From assembly GCA_965223855.1 (NCBI GenBank), contig CBDCXM010000009.1:2336001-2400000 (forward strand): a stretch of 64,000 nucleotides of DNA, read 5' to 3'. Positions 38,291 to 48,400 of the stretch are shown piece by piece. The notes under the pieces were generated by a model, which saw only the letters and a program-made list of their open reading frames with translations, did no database searches and was not told the origin of the DNA. Source of the DNA: Candidatus Multivoradales bacterium (GTDB lineage: Bacteria > Acidobacteriota > Thermoanaerobaculia > Multivoradales > JAHEKO01). A program made the position numbers and the translations under genes. How positions within the stretch are numbered: position 1 is the stretch's first letter; every line of letters begins with the position of its first letter.

Positions 38291-40192
38291 TCAGCGCGAT
38301 GGGAGCCGGAGCTCCGCGACGATCCGACGGAAGCGGGGTTCGCCTCGGAGCGAGTCGAGGCGGGGGTCGACCGCTACGAACGGAAGCTGAGCGTCGGCTG
38401 CCGACGCCAGAGCCTGTTCGAGAGCACCGAGAGCGCTCTCCGAGTCCCCCAGCAGGGCATGGTACGTCGCGCGGGTCGCGTGGCTGGCGTTGGACTCGGC
38501 CGGGATGTCCGCAAGGTGCTCGACCAACTCCAGATGCCATCGGTCGACGTCGGCGAACCGTGCCTTGAAGCGTTCGTTCATTCTCGCAAGGGCGGCCTCC
38601 TCCTTGTTCTGGAGGAGAAGCAGGTGAGCGCCGAGGATGGGCGCCGCCGAGTTGAACGGGCCGGCCTCAGCCGCTTTGTCGGCCGCTTCGAGTGCCCGGG
38701 AGTAGTTGCGCGCGAACAGGTGGCCTTCAGCCAGGCCTCCCAACGCCCTCGAGGAGGTCGGATCGAGTTCCACCGCCCTTCCGAGTGCATCCAGCGCCGC
38801 TTCGTGCTCTCCTACAGCGGACAGAAACGCCCCGTACAGGCGATAACTTCTGGAGAGTCCCGGTTCCAGGCTGAGTGCGCGCTCGAAGTTGGAGCGTGCG
38901 GCGCTCCAGTCACGCTCGCTGTACATGGCGAGGGCGCCGAGTACCAGATGTGCCTCCGCGAGGGAGCTGTCGGCGGCCAGAGCCCTCTCTCCGTGGTGCC
39001 TGGCGGCGGCGAGGTCTTCCGGCGCTGCAGAGAGCCCGATCCGCATGAGGTGGGCATGCGCCAGAGCGGAATGAGCTCGGCCGAAGTCAGGATCACGGAC
39101 CAGGACCTGCCTGAGCAGGCTCATACCCTCAGCCACCGTGGAGTCCTCGTTGGACTGGGCGCCCGACATCGTGAGGTAGCGTCCTTTGAGATAGAGGGCG
39201 TAGGTAGCTTCGGAAACCGGCGGACGCGGAGCCTGGCGTCGCGGACTACCGCCGATTCGAAGGGCCTGGCGAGCGTCTCGGGCCGCGAGCTGAAGAGCAC
39301 CTGTTCTCGAAGCGCCCGTCACCGCGGAGCGGTGCGTCCAAACGCTCACACGATCCGACACTCTCAGCGCTCGGAGGGCGAGATAGACGGTCCCGTCCGA
39401 CGACGTCAACCGGCCGCGCACGGTGAGGTCAGCTCCCAGAGCGGCCGCCGCCTCGACGAGAGAGGCGTCGGACTCGTCGAGACGCGCCGCTGGATCCATC
39501 GCGATGAGACTCGCATCGGCCCCGAAGGTGGCTCCCAACTCGGCGAGCCACTCCTCGGTGAGGACGGCACTGAGACCGTCCGCTGCGGTTTCCTGTTCGA
39601 GCAGCGACCACCCCATGAGCTCGGCGGTCGATGCCGGTGGGAGATTGGAGACGTGAAAGGGCAGCACCGCCACCGTGGGCGCAGTGGCCATCGACGGCTT
39701 CCGAAGCGACCCGACCGCGAGCGCGCCCAGGAGTGCGGGGAGTGCGAACCAGGCCACGAGCCTCGCCGCCGTCGACCTGCGGGTGCTCCCAGTCCACCGG
39801 GAGGTCTGTCGCGGTTCGCGCACCACGGGAGCGATGAAGCGGTAGCCGAGCTTCGGCAGGGTCTCGATGAACTGCGGTTTCGCAGGATCGTCGCCGATCG
39901 CCTGGCGGATCTTTCGAATCGCGAAGTTGATCCCCTGGTCGTACTCCAGGAACGAGTTGCCCCAGAGGTGCTCGCGAAGCTCCTCGCGAGTCACGACGGA
40001 GCCCGCGCGCTCGAGCAGGAGTGAGAGGGCCTTGGCCGGCTGAGGCTGGAGCGGCACCGTCTGGCGCCCTCTCAGGAGGCGCTCGGGGTGAGTGCGAAGC
40101 AGGAAGTCTCCGAACCGGAACGCCTCTCCGGGCTCCTCCTGCGGGGCCACGCCCGCAGGGACCTCCGGCGCTTCGTCAGCTGCATGCTGCAT
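38291..40192 (-). CDS. CadC/OmpR-type winged-helix regulator with TM, TolB-N-like and TPR domains
   Basis: FRFGDF...VTREELREHLWG...IRKIRQAIGDDPAKPQFIETLPKLGYRF; VAVLPF; TPRs; DPRLDSLRGEPRF end. Confidence 0.9.
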   Translation of the reverse strand: MQHAADEAPEVPAGVAPQEEPGEAFRFGDFLLRTHPERLLRGRQTVPLQPQPAKALSLLLERAGSVVTREELREHLWGNSFLEYDQGINFAIRKIRQAIGDDPAKPQFIETLPKLGYRFIAPVVREPRQTSRWTGSTRRSTAARLVAWFALPALLGALAVGSLRKPSMATAPTVAVLPFHVSNLPPASTAELMGWSLLEQETAADGLSAVLTEEWLAELGATFGADASLIAMDPAARLDESDASLVEAAAALGADLTVRGRLTSSDGTVYLALRALRVSDRVSVWTHRSAVTGASRTGALQLAARDARQALRIGGSPRRQAPRPPVSEATYALYLKGRYLTMSGAQSNEDSTVAEGMSLLRQVLVRDPDFGRAHSALAHAHLMRIGLSAAPEDLAAARHHGERALAADSSLAEAHLVLGALAMYSERDWSAARSNFERALSLEPGLSRSYRLYGAFLSAVGEHEAALDALGRAVELDPTSSRALGGLAEGHLFARNYSRALEAADKAAEAGPFNSAAPILGAHLLLLQNKEEAALARMNERFKARFADVDRWHLELVEHLADIPAESNASHATRATYHALLGDSESALGALEQALASAADAQLPFVAVDPRLDSLRGEPRFRRIVAELRLPSR

Positions 40193-40503
40193 GGTTCGTT
40201 CTCCGAGTTTCGGCCGGTGACCGCGAGACGCCTGCTTCGCACTCGGGTGCCGGCTGGCGTTTCGCCTGGAAACGGCCCATCCGGGTGCCTACTCCGATCG
40301 GAGCTTACCGGAGCTCTCGGCGACTGGGCCGCAGCTTTCCTGCTCGATGCCGCCCTTCGATCCGCGCTCACCTGGAGCCCGGTGGCCGCTCTCACGGCGC
40401 TCAGATCGCGCAAATTCCAACTTCGGGATCGCGTCGCCTACGTTGAGGAGGCAAAGCAGGAGCCCGAGCCAAGGCAAGGAACGCAGGACGGAGGACGAAC
40501 AGG

Positions 40504-41970
40504 ATGAACTGGTTTACGCATCGGCAATCGCCGATTTCACGAAGAGACCGTAGCGGTTCGCCCGGCGAAGTGGAGCTGCCGGGGGTGTGGGTCCAATCTC
40601 GGTGCACACGTGCGTCGACCGCGTTGATCATCGCATTGGCGATGTCAGCGGTGTGCGGAGCCGACGTCGAAGCAAAAGGTGTCGAGAAGCGAAGGTCCGG
40701 CGTCTTCGATGCGACGACGGTCGAAACGGCTGTGCGAGGCGACTCTTACCGCCGTAGCAGCGAGCGGGTTGGTTCCGCGATCTCGGAGTTCGTTCGGGCT
40801 CCTTTGATCGACGACATTGCGCACTACAGCTTCCTGATGCGCGTCGGGTCCGGGCCGTACGACACGATACGGGTTCACCGCGTGGTCCGAGAGCTGGCTC
40901 CGTACGTGCCGGTTCGGTCGTCGACTGCGGTGATGATGGTCCACGGCGCGCGTGTCGGTTTCGAGGGGACGTTCCTCACGACCCTCGACGTGCCGTCCGT
41001 TCCCGACCTGCAGGCAGCTCCGGTCTTCCTCGCGGGTCGCGGTGTCGACGTCTGGGGACTCGACGCCCGCTGGGAAGTACTGCCCGGAGACGTCTCCGAC
41101 CTTGCCCCGATTGCGGAATGGACCTTCGGTACCGACGTGGCCGACCTCGGGCAAGCTCTTGCAGTAGCTCGGTTTTCGCGCCTTCTTGGCGGCAGTGGGC
41201 TGGACCGGCTTCATCTGCTGGGCTTCTCGAGAGGGGGAGGGGTGGCCTATGCCTATGCCGGCGAGGAGTCGCAGCGGCCCGTCCCGCTGAGACACGTCAA
41301 GGGGATGGTCGTCGCCGACTTCTTCGTCAAGAGTGATGATGCCGGCCTGATCGAGCAAGCCTGTGAGGACTACTCGGCAGTCCAGGCTCAGCTCGACGCC
41401 GGAGTCGTGGCGCAGCCCGGAGACTTCCTCAACATGCTCGGTGAGTTGGCGGCGACGGCGCCGGACGATCCGTCACCCATCATCCCGGTGCTCACCAACG
41501 GCGATGTGGCCATCCTCATCGGCTCGGACGCCCCGGAAGCGCCGAACGTGGTGCCCTTCTTCCACATGGTCGCAGGGAGCTTCGATCCGGGGCCGCCTCC
41601 CTCTTTCGACCTGACATACACCCAACCTGAGATCTGGTTTAGCCACTTCCGGAGGGGGGCTGCGTTCCTGCCGTTGGCCGTGAATCAGGACCTCAACGCG
41701 GCTCTTTGCGGAGCTCCCGACACCCCCTTCGATGACCACCTGGAGGACATCGAGCTGCCGTTGCTCTACCTCGGTGCCGGTGGAGGAATCGGTGACTTCG
41801 GCCTCTTCAACACCACCCTGGTCTCGAGCACGGACGTCTCGGTTCACTCGGTGACCTTCGAGCCGCCGGCGCTGCGAGCTCTCGACTACGGCCACTCCGA
41901 TCTGTTTCTGGCCGACAATGCCGAGGAAGAGGCTTGGCAGGTGATCCTGAACTGGCTTCGGGCTCGCTAG
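40504..41970 (+). CDS. Secreted alpha/beta hydrolase
   Basis: MVHGA, GFSRGG nucleophile, YGHSDLF; real start probably later, near the hydrophobic LIIALAMSA. Confidence 0.8.
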   Translation: MNWFTHRQSPISRRDRSGSPGEVELPGVWVQSRCTRASTALIIALAMSAVCGADVEAKGVEKRRSGVFDATTVETAVRGDSYRRSSERVGSAISEFVRAPLIDDIAHYSFLMRVGSGPYDTIRVHRVVRELAPYVPVRSSTAVMMVHGARVGFEGTFLTTLDVPSVPDLQAAPVFLAGRGVDVWGLDARWEVLPGDVSDLAPIAEWTFGTDVADLGQALAVARFSRLLGGSGLDRLHLLGFSRGGGVAYAYAGEESQRPVPLRHVKGMVVADFFVKSDDAGLIEQACEDYSAVQAQLDAGVVAQPGDFLNMLGELAATAPDDPSPIIPVLTNGDVAILIGSDAPEAPNVVPFFHMVAGSFDPGPPPSFDLTYTQPEIWFSHFRRGAAFLPLAVNQDLNAALCGAPDTPFDDHLEDIELPLLYLGAGGGIGDFGLFNTTLVSSTDVSVHSVTFEPPALRALDYGHSDLFLADNAEEEAWQVILNWLRAR

Positions 41971-42151
41971 CCTGAACTTCTCACGCCAGTGCACTCTGGA
42001 AGACCGTATGTCACTGAATCTACGGCGTTTTCCGGCCACTGCGCTCCTCGACATAGCTACGGCTGTGTCTCCGGTGCTCGCGACCGGAAGCCTTGTATCT
42101 TCAGCAACCTACGGCCTTCCACAGCACACCGGCGTGAGAAATTCAGGCTAG
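41967..42151. mobile_element. 185-bp palindromic MITE-like element with CTAG ends
   Basis: 25-bp terminal inverted repeats CTAGCCTGAA(C/T)TTCTCACGCC(A/G)GTG, 23/25 identical; complementarity continues inward; the left CTAG supplies the upstream gene's stop. Confidence 0.75.
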
Positions 42152-42256
42152 ATCGCGTGCGGGCGCTCGAGGATGCTGCTGGAGGTTGGGTCGGATCGCT
42201 GCGTGCGGGCGAGGCCTGCCAGGTCGACAATGGAGCGCCTCCTGAGAGGACTACCC

Positions 42257-43261
42257 ATGGATAGCTCGGCCAGAGTCACGATTTGTGCGTTGGCAGTCTG
42301 CCTCTCGAGCCTCGCAGTGAGCGCCGACATCGTGGAACGGCACCGGATGGACGGGCGAGAGTTCGACCTTCTGCTTCGTAGAAACGGCTCACCCTCGGTC
42401 CTGCTCGTGTCGGGCCTGGGCGAGACGAGCGTGGAGGCCTGGCGCGATGTCCATCGGCGCGTGGGCGAGTTCGCGACGGTCCTTGCCTACGCGCCGAAGG
42501 ATCGAGATTCTGACGCGTCGAATCCAGCACCCCGCGACTCTGTCGAGGTGGCGCGAGAGCTGCGCGGCCTGGCGAGGAGTTTGGAGCTACCGCCTCCCTA
42601 CGTGCTTGTGGGGCACTCCTCGGGCGGCTTTCATGCAAGGGTCTTTTCTGCTCTCTTTCCGGAGGCGGTGAGCGCCATCGTGTTGGTGGATCCCAGCCAT
42701 GAGGACTTCTTCCGGAGTCTCGACGAGCTCGAGCCAGGTGCGTTCGAGGCAGCAATCTCGAGGATGGACGGGCGTCGCCGATACAGATCGCCGCTCGCCC
42801 AGCGCGAGTTCGCGGCTTTCCGTGCCGTCATCGTCGCCGGTGACCTGCCGTCTGGAGATCCCCTGCCCGATGTCCCGGTGATTGTCATCACGTCCGCTCA
42901 GCAAGTCGCTGAGCCCCGGGGACTGGTGGAGTCGCCGGAGGCCACGAATCTTTGGGTCAGGCTGCATCGCCAATGGGCGGCAGGAGTCCCCGGAGCCACC
43001 CACATCGTGACGGAGAACAGCGGTCACTACATTCACGCCGAAGAGCCGCAGCTCGTTGCCCGGTGTGTCGGCTGCGTGGCTCTCGGGTGTTTCGACCTCG
43101 GGCCGGCCTGCGAGCGGCGAGGCGGCCGGGCGGCCGGAGAACTCGAGGCCCGCTCCTGCAGGGAGACGGACGCCGGCCGACTACCGGAGTCTCAAGGGAC
43201 GATCGTCTTGGATCCTTCGGACCTTGGGACGTCGTGCCTCGACTGCTGTCGAGCCCCGTAG
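42257..43261 (+). CDS. Secreted alpha/beta hydrolase
   Basis: RBS GAGAGGA; VSGLGE, VGHSSGG, SGHYIHAEEP; low-confidence C-terminal extension. Confidence 0.8.
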   Translation: MDSSARVTICALAVCLSSLAVSADIVERHRMDGREFDLLLRRNGSPSVLLVSGLGETSVEAWRDVHRRVGEFATVLAYAPKDRDSDASNPAPRDSVEVARELRGLARSLELPPPYVLVGHSSGGFHARVFSALFPEAVSAIVLVDPSHEDFFRSLDELEPGAFEAAISRMDGRRRYRSPLAQREFAAFRAVIVAGDLPSGDPLPDVPVIVITSAQQVAEPRGLVESPEATNLWVRLHRQWAAGVPGATHIVTENSGHYIHAEEPQLVARCVGCVALGCFDLGPACERRGGRAAGELEARSCRETDAGRLPESQGTIVLDPSDLGTSCLDCCRAP

Positions 43262-43355
43262 ACGTCGGTGGAGTGATCGGCGGTTGGCGCCGGCGGCCTG
43301 CTTCCCGACCCGCAGGTCTGATCGCTCCAGTGGAGACCGTGGCAAGCTCCGGAAT

Positions 43356-43826
43356 GTGAAGCTCCTCCTCAAGAATCTCGCCTTCACGGTGCTCGTGCCG
43401 GGGACTGTGGCGGTGTATCTGCCCCGGCTCCTCATCGCCGAGGGGGCCCAACTGGCGGCACCGCTGCTTGCGGTGCCGGTGTTTGCGATCGGGTTGGCGA
43501 TCTACGTCTGGTGTGTTTGGGACTTCGCGGCCCACGGTCGCGGCACTCCGGCACCGATCGATGCCCCGAAACGGTTGGTCGTCCGGGGGCTCTACGGCTA
43601 CAGCCGTAATCCGATGTACGTGGGAGTGGTCACTGTCATCGTCGGTTGGGCGCTGCTGTATCGATCGCCGGCTGTGGTGGTCTATGCCGCCATCGTCGGC
43701 ACTCTCTTCCATCTGAGGGTCGTGCTCTACGAGGAGCCTCGCCTGCGGGAGCTGTTCGGAGCGGACTACGAGGCCTACTGTCGACGGGTGGGGCGGTGGT
43801 TGCCTCGTTGGCGGCGCGCGAAGTAG
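43356..43826 (+). CDS. Isoprenylcysteine carboxyl methyltransferase/PEMT family membrane protein
   Basis: GRGTPAP..PKRLVVRGLYGYSRNPMYVG; EEPRLRELFGADYEAYCRRVGRW. Confidence 0.9.
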   Translation: MKLLLKNLAFTVLVPGTVAVYLPRLLIAEGAQLAAPLLAVPVFAIGLAIYVWCVWDFAAHGRGTPAPIDAPKRLVVRGLYGYSRNPMYVGVVTVIVGWALLYRSPAVVVYAAIVGTLFHLRVVLYEEPRLRELFGADYEAYCRRVGRWLPRWRRAK

Positions 43827-43881
43827 GGGTCGGCCGAGCGGGACGTGCGGCTCGCCTCGTGGTCCGGACAGGGCCGAGCGA

Positions 43882-44523
43882 TCAGCTTCGCGAGTTCAGG
43901 AGCGCTGCAGCGACGTCTCGAAGACGCTCGAAGTCCCTGACCGAGAACCCGATCACCAGCGCCACCGCCACGTAGGCGAGCCGGCCGTGGAGCAGGGCCC
44001 ATCCCTGGGTCGTGCCGCCGACGGAAAGGACGGCGACGAAGAACTGCAGGACGAAGAAGATGAGCACTCCCAGTACCGCGCTGCTCAGGGGGCGCAGGTA
44101 GAGGGGGATCTCGAGTCGTTCCGGCAGGCCGTCCGGCCGCCTGCCGAGACGCAGGAACTCGATCAGGTTCGACAGCGCGCCTCCGGCGGCACCGGCGACG
44201 AGCATGGTGAGCAGGGTGTTCACGAGCGCGTAGCGCCGCAGCGATTCGTCGAGCTCGGTCAGTGAGCCCTCCGGCGGCAGGTACCAGGCGTAGGAGACGA
44301 GCAGGGCGAGGCCGACCGAGCTCGCCAGGGCCACGGCGGCACTGTAGAGGACGAGCTTGCGACGCCGCGGGTTGGTGAGGATCGGCTCCGGTTCCGGCCC
44401 CGGCGCGGCGACCACCTGGGTCTCGTGCTGCGCCTCGACGGGCTCGTCGTCGACCGCTTCCAAGCGACGTGAGACGACGACCTGAGTCTCCGCGGGATCT
44501 TCCGACCTGGATCTCGAGCTCAT
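43882..44523 (-). CDS. Hypothetical membrane protein (4 TM)
   Basis: AGAAGGALS, YLRPLSSAVLG, ALVIGFS hydrophobic motifs; RBS GAGG. Confidence 0.65.
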   Translation of the reverse strand: MSSRSRSEDPAETQVVVSRRLEAVDDEPVEAQHETQVVAAPGPEPEPILTNPRRRKLVLYSAAVALASSVGLALLVSYAWYLPPEGSLTELDESLRRYALVNTLLTMLVAGAAGGALSNLIEFLRLGRRPDGLPERLEIPLYLRPLSSAVLGVLIFFVLQFFVAVLSVGGTTQGWALLHGRLAYVAVALVIGFSVRDFERLRDVAAALLNSRS

Positions 44524-44675
44524 GACAGACCTCTGATTGTGGGATGGGAGAGGCAATGTACCGCCGGAGCGACGGAGAGGTTGTGGCGCAGGGCACAACT
44601 GAGGTCGGGCCGATGGCCGGCGGTTCGGTTGGCACCGGTAAGATCGCCCGGCACCCCGACCAGAGAGGAGGCCCC

Positions 44676-46439
44676 GTGTCCCGACGCACCGTAGCTTTGG
44701 CCTGCATCGCCCTCGCCGCATTTGCGCTCCCCGTTCATTCCTCGGCCGATGCCGAGTGGGAGGCGCTGGTGGCGCGCTATCTCGACGAGATGCCGTCGTT
44801 CTCGCCGGTCGGCGCGACCGGCCTCGGCGACCACCGGTTCGACGGCGAGCTCGACGAAGTGACTGCGGAAGCGCGCGCCGCATGGGCGGCGTTCGCGAGG
44901 GAGCTGCAGGCCGCGATGGAGACGATCGACCCAGGTGAGCTCTCCCGCGCTCATCAGGTGGACTACTCGCTGCTGGCTCACGATCTGGCGTCGGGTCTGT
45001 GGAGTCAGGAGACGGTCCGTGCCTGGGAGTGGAATCCGGTTCGCTACACGCAGCTGGCCGGTGGTGCCGTCTACTCGCTGATGGCACGCGAGTTCGCTCC
45101 GCTGCCGGAGCGGCTCGCGCGGGTCGCCGACCGGCTGGAGAAGCTGCCTCGCCTCTACGAGCAGGTGCGGGCGACTCTGGTACCCGACCGGGTACCGCCG
45201 GTGCATGCCGAGACCGCGGTGCGGCAGAACCGGGGCGTACTGTCGATTCTCGGCAACATGGTGCGGCCGCAGCTCGATCAGCTCGCCGACGACGAGCGAT
45301 CGAGGTTGGAGGCTGCGATGGAAACGGCCACCGCCGCGGTCGAGGGGCACCAGAGCTGGCTCGAGGAGACGTTGCTGCCGGCGGCCGGGGGTGACTTCAG
45401 GGTCGGGCGGGAGATCTACGATCGGCGGCTCGCGTTCTCCCTCAACACCGAGCTCGGCCGGGAGGAGCTCAAGGAGCGGGCCGAGGCGGAGTTTCGTCGC
45501 ATCCGTGCCGAGATGTACGAGGTGGCGAAGGAGATCTACGTGGAGCGCTACCCGCTGGCGAAGCTGCCGGCGGAGCCGGACGAGGCGTTGCAGCAGGTGG
45601 TGATCCGGGCGGCACTAGAAGTCGCCTACGAGGATCTTCCGGCCCGGGACGCGATCGTCGAGACCGCTACGGCGCAGATCGAGCAGGCGACCAGGTTCGT
45701 TCGGGAGAACGACCTGGTGACGGTGCCGGACGACCCGGTCGAGGTGATCCTCATGCCGGAGTTCGCGCGCGGCGTCTCGATCGCCTACTGCGATGCGCCG
45801 GGTCCCCTCGATACCGGTCAGAAGACGTTCTACGCCATCTCGCCGATCCCCGAGGACTGGACCGAGGAGCAGGTGCGCTCGTTCCTCCGCGAGTACAACG
45901 TCTACTCGATGCAGGACCTCACCATCCACGAAGCGATGCCCGGTCACTATCTCCAGCTCGCCCATTCAGGACGGTATCCGTCGACGCTGCGCGCGGTCCT
46001 GCAGTCGGGTACCTTCATCGAGGGTTGGGGGGTCTACGCCGAGCAGTTCATGGTGGAGGAGGGGTACAACGGCGGCGATCCGCGGCAGAAGCTCATCACC
46101 CTCAAGTGGCTGCTCAGGTCGGTGACGAACGCCCTCATGGACCAGGCGATCCACGTCGACGGGATGACCCGCGAAGAGGCGATGGACCTGATGGTCGAGG
46201 GCGGCTTCCAGGAGGAGCGGGAGGCCGCGCTCAAATGGGTGAGGGCTCAGCTGAGCTTCGCGCAGCTTTCGACCTACCTGGTGGGATACCTCGAGCACAT
46301 CGATCTGCGGGCGGAAGTCGAGGAGGCCTGGGGTGAGGAGTTCACCCTGGGCAGGTACCACGACCAGGTGCTCTCCTACGGGTCGCCGCCGGTTCGCTAC
46401 GTGCGGGCGCTCGTGCTGGAGCAGCCGATTCCCGATTGA
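44676..46439 (+). CDS. DUF885 family secreted protein
   Basis: SPVGATGLGDH, IHEAMPGHYLQ, FIEGWGVYAE, STYLVG; RBS AGAGGAG. Confidence 0.9.
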   Translation: MSRRTVALACIALAAFALPVHSSADAEWEALVARYLDEMPSFSPVGATGLGDHRFDGELDEVTAEARAAWAAFARELQAAMETIDPGELSRAHQVDYSLLAHDLASGLWSQETVRAWEWNPVRYTQLAGGAVYSLMAREFAPLPERLARVADRLEKLPRLYEQVRATLVPDRVPPVHAETAVRQNRGVLSILGNMVRPQLDQLADDERSRLEAAMETATAAVEGHQSWLEETLLPAAGGDFRVGREIYDRRLAFSLNTELGREELKERAEAEFRRIRAEMYEVAKEIYVERYPLAKLPAEPDEALQQVVIRAALEVAYEDLPARDAIVETATAQIEQATRFVRENDLVTVPDDPVEVILMPEFARGVSIAYCDAPGPLDTGQKTFYAISPIPEDWTEEQVRSFLREYNVYSMQDLTIHEAMPGHYLQLAHSGRYPSTLRAVLQSGTFIEGWGVYAEQFMVEEGYNGGDPRQKLITLKWLLRSVTNALMDQAIHVDGMTREEAMDLMVEGGFQEEREAALKWVRAQLSFAQLSTYLVGYLEHIDLRAEVEEAWGEEFTLGRYHDQVLSYGSPPVRYVRALVLEQPIPD

Positions 46440-46458
46440 GCGAAGGCGTTCCGGAGAA

Positions 46459-47199
46459 TCAGAGCGAACCCGGCTTGCGAAACACCAGCAGGTGCTGTTG
46501 CGGCAGTTCGGTGCGGTTCTCCACGAACTCCAGCCCGACGGCCTCCATCTCGAGGCGGGCCTGGCGTTCGGTCATCTTGTGGAGCTGCAGGATCGCGACG
46601 TCCGGGTCCTCGGAACGGTACTCGACGAGATAGATCCTCCCGCCCGGTCGTAGCGCCTCGAAGAGCCCCTCCATCATCTCGCGCGGGTGCGAGAACTCGT
46701 GGTACGCATCGACCATTAACGCCGCATCGAGGCTCGCCGGCGGCAGGCCCGGATCCTCGACGGCGCCGAGGACGGTGTCGACGTTGGTCACCCCGAGCCG
46801 GGCGCTCTTGTCCTCGAGGATCGTCAGCATTTCGGGCTGGATATCGACCGCCAGCACCCGCCCTTCGGGTACGAGCGGGCTGAGGCGGAAGGTGAAGTAG
46901 CCGCTGCCGGCACCGATGTCGGCGATCACGTCGTCCGCCTCGACTTCGAGAGCCTCGATCAGGAGGTCGGTCCGTTCCTCCCGCTCCCGCTCCGGGCGCT
47001 CCAGCCAGGCGGCTCCACGGTGACCCATGACGAACGAGATCTCCCGCCCCATGTAGACCTTGCCGATGCCGTCGCGGCTCGGCCGTCTGCTGCCGTAGTG
47101 CGGGGCGGACCCAGCGGCGACGGTAGTTCGGGGTTCCTGTGCCGTGGCGACCGTGGCGAGGCAGATGGCGGCGAGGACGGGGATGGAGTGGCTCCTCAT
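46459..47199 (-). CDS. Class I SAM-dependent methyltransferase with signal peptide
   Basis: IADIGAGSGYF, VDIQPEM, VDAYHEFSHP; YMGREIS.VMGH N-terminus. Confidence 0.9.
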   Translation of the reverse strand: MRSHSIPVLAAICLATVATAQEPRTTVAAGSAPHYGSRRPSRDGIGKVYMGREISFVMGHRGAAWLERPEREREERTDLLIEALEVEADDVIADIGAGSGYFTFRLSPLVPEGRVLAVDIQPEMLTILEDKSARLGVTNVDTVLGAVEDPGLPPASLDAALMVDAYHEFSHPREMMEGLFEALRPGGRIYLVEYRSEDPDVAILQLHKMTERQARLEMEAVGLEFVENRTELPQQHLLVFRKPGSL

Positions 47200-47300
47200 G
47201 TCCACCCTTTCGCACGAGGCGGGGTTCCGGTTGTGTCCGTGCGCAGAACGTCCGGTCGAGCGGGAAGGAAGGGGTCGTCAGCGGTCCCGGGACGATCCCG

Positions 47301-47306
47301 TAGACT
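47301..47306 (+). promoter_or_regulatory. -10 box of a probable leaderless promoter
   Basis: TAGACT 6 nt before ATG 47313, no RBS. Confidence 0.45.
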
Positions 47307-47312
47307 CGAGCC

Positions 47313-47891
47313 ATGAGCAGGAAGGGCGGTTGGCTCGCCGGCCCGCAGGTGCTCGGCGTCGCTGCGATCGTGCTGAGCGTCTGTGGTCTGTTCGTGTCGA
47401 TCTACCAGGCCACCCTCGCCCGCCAGGCGCAACGCGCCTCCGTCTGGCCGCACGTCGTCATCGCCCCGTCGCTGAAGGGAGAGAGCCTGCGGCTGTGGGT
47501 GCAGAACACCGGTGTCGGGCCGGCACGGATCGAGACCGCTGTCGCCCGCGTCGACGGCGAGACGGCCTCCGGCTGGAACGAGGTCGTGAGTCGGCTGGAA
47601 CTCCCGCCCGAGGGCGGCCAGGAGAGCTACCGGTCGCTGGTCGGGGGGCGCGTCCTGCCGGCCGGTTCCGACGTGGAAGGGGTGCTCGAGATCAGCGGCG
47701 CCGCATGGGCCAGCGGCTTCTGGACGGCGATTATGGAAGGGCGAGTGGACATCGAACTTTGCTACTGCTCGGTGTTCGAAGAGTGCTGGCTCACCAGGCT
47801 GCAGACGGTCGCCGGCCGGATGCGTGGCGCGCCGGGCGAGTCGGCCCGTGCGGTGAAGCGTTGCGAGGCCGTCGGGAGCAGCGGTATCTAG
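47313..47891 (+). CDS. Hypothetical membrane-anchored protein
   Basis: N-terminal TM, RASVWPHV, NTGVGPA, LCYCSVFEECW. Confidence 0.75.
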   Translation: MSRKGGWLAGPQVLGVAAIVLSVCGLFVSIYQATLARQAQRASVWPHVVIAPSLKGESLRLWVQNTGVGPARIETAVARVDGETASGWNEVVSRLELPPEGGQESYRSLVGGRVLPAGSDVEGVLEISGAAWASGFWTAIMEGRVDIELCYCSVFEECWLTRLQTVAGRMRGAPGESARAVKRCEAVGSSGI

Positions 47892-47928
47892 CAGTCGCCG
47901 ATTGCGATCTTCGGGAGATCCTCGGAAC

Positions 47929-48393
47929 TCAGCTCCCGTATTCGTGGGAGCGATCTTCACCCAGCAGATACGAGGCGGCGGAGTCGACGAGGAAGCGGTC
48001 GCGCAGAGCGGTACGGCCGAGCAGCATTCGGAACTCCATCGACTCGCGGTTGGTGAGGCTCAGCTCGATCGGCCACTCGAGTTCCCCCAGGCGGACGTTG
48101 GTTCGCACGAAGGGCCGCGTCTCGGGATGCCCACCCGAGTCGCGCACTTCCCGGAAGTCGGTGACCTCCGCTTCGCAGCGGACGAGGATCTCGTCGGAGG
48201 AGCGCAGCGGCCGCAGGTCGAAGCGCACCCAGTCGCTCGAGTTCCGTCCGAAGACTTCGTAGTCGTGGGTGTGGAGCGCGGAGCTTCGAGCTCCCGTGTC
48301 CACCTTGGCCTTGATCGCGGGGACTCCGAACTCGGGGAGAGCAAGCCACTCGCGCCAACCCACGATCCACTTCTTCGGGGCAGGCTCCGGCAT
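47929..48393 (-). CDS. RimK/LysX-associated retropepsin-like protease
   Basis: VGWREW..LP, AKVDTGARSSALH, NRESMEFRMLLGR. Confidence 0.9.
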   Translation of the reverse strand: MPEPAPKKWIVGWREWLALPEFGVPAIKAKVDTGARSSALHTHDYEVFGRNSSDWVRFDLRPLRSSDEILVRCEAEVTDFREVRDSGGHPETRPFVRTNVRLGELEWPIELSLTNRESMEFRMLLGRTALRDRFLVDSAASYLLGEDRSHEYGS

Positions 48394-48400
48394 GGGAGGC

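Noticed and set aside
47929-48393. rimK operon
   Set aside because: Only the associated protease is present; no ATP-grasp ligase adjacent
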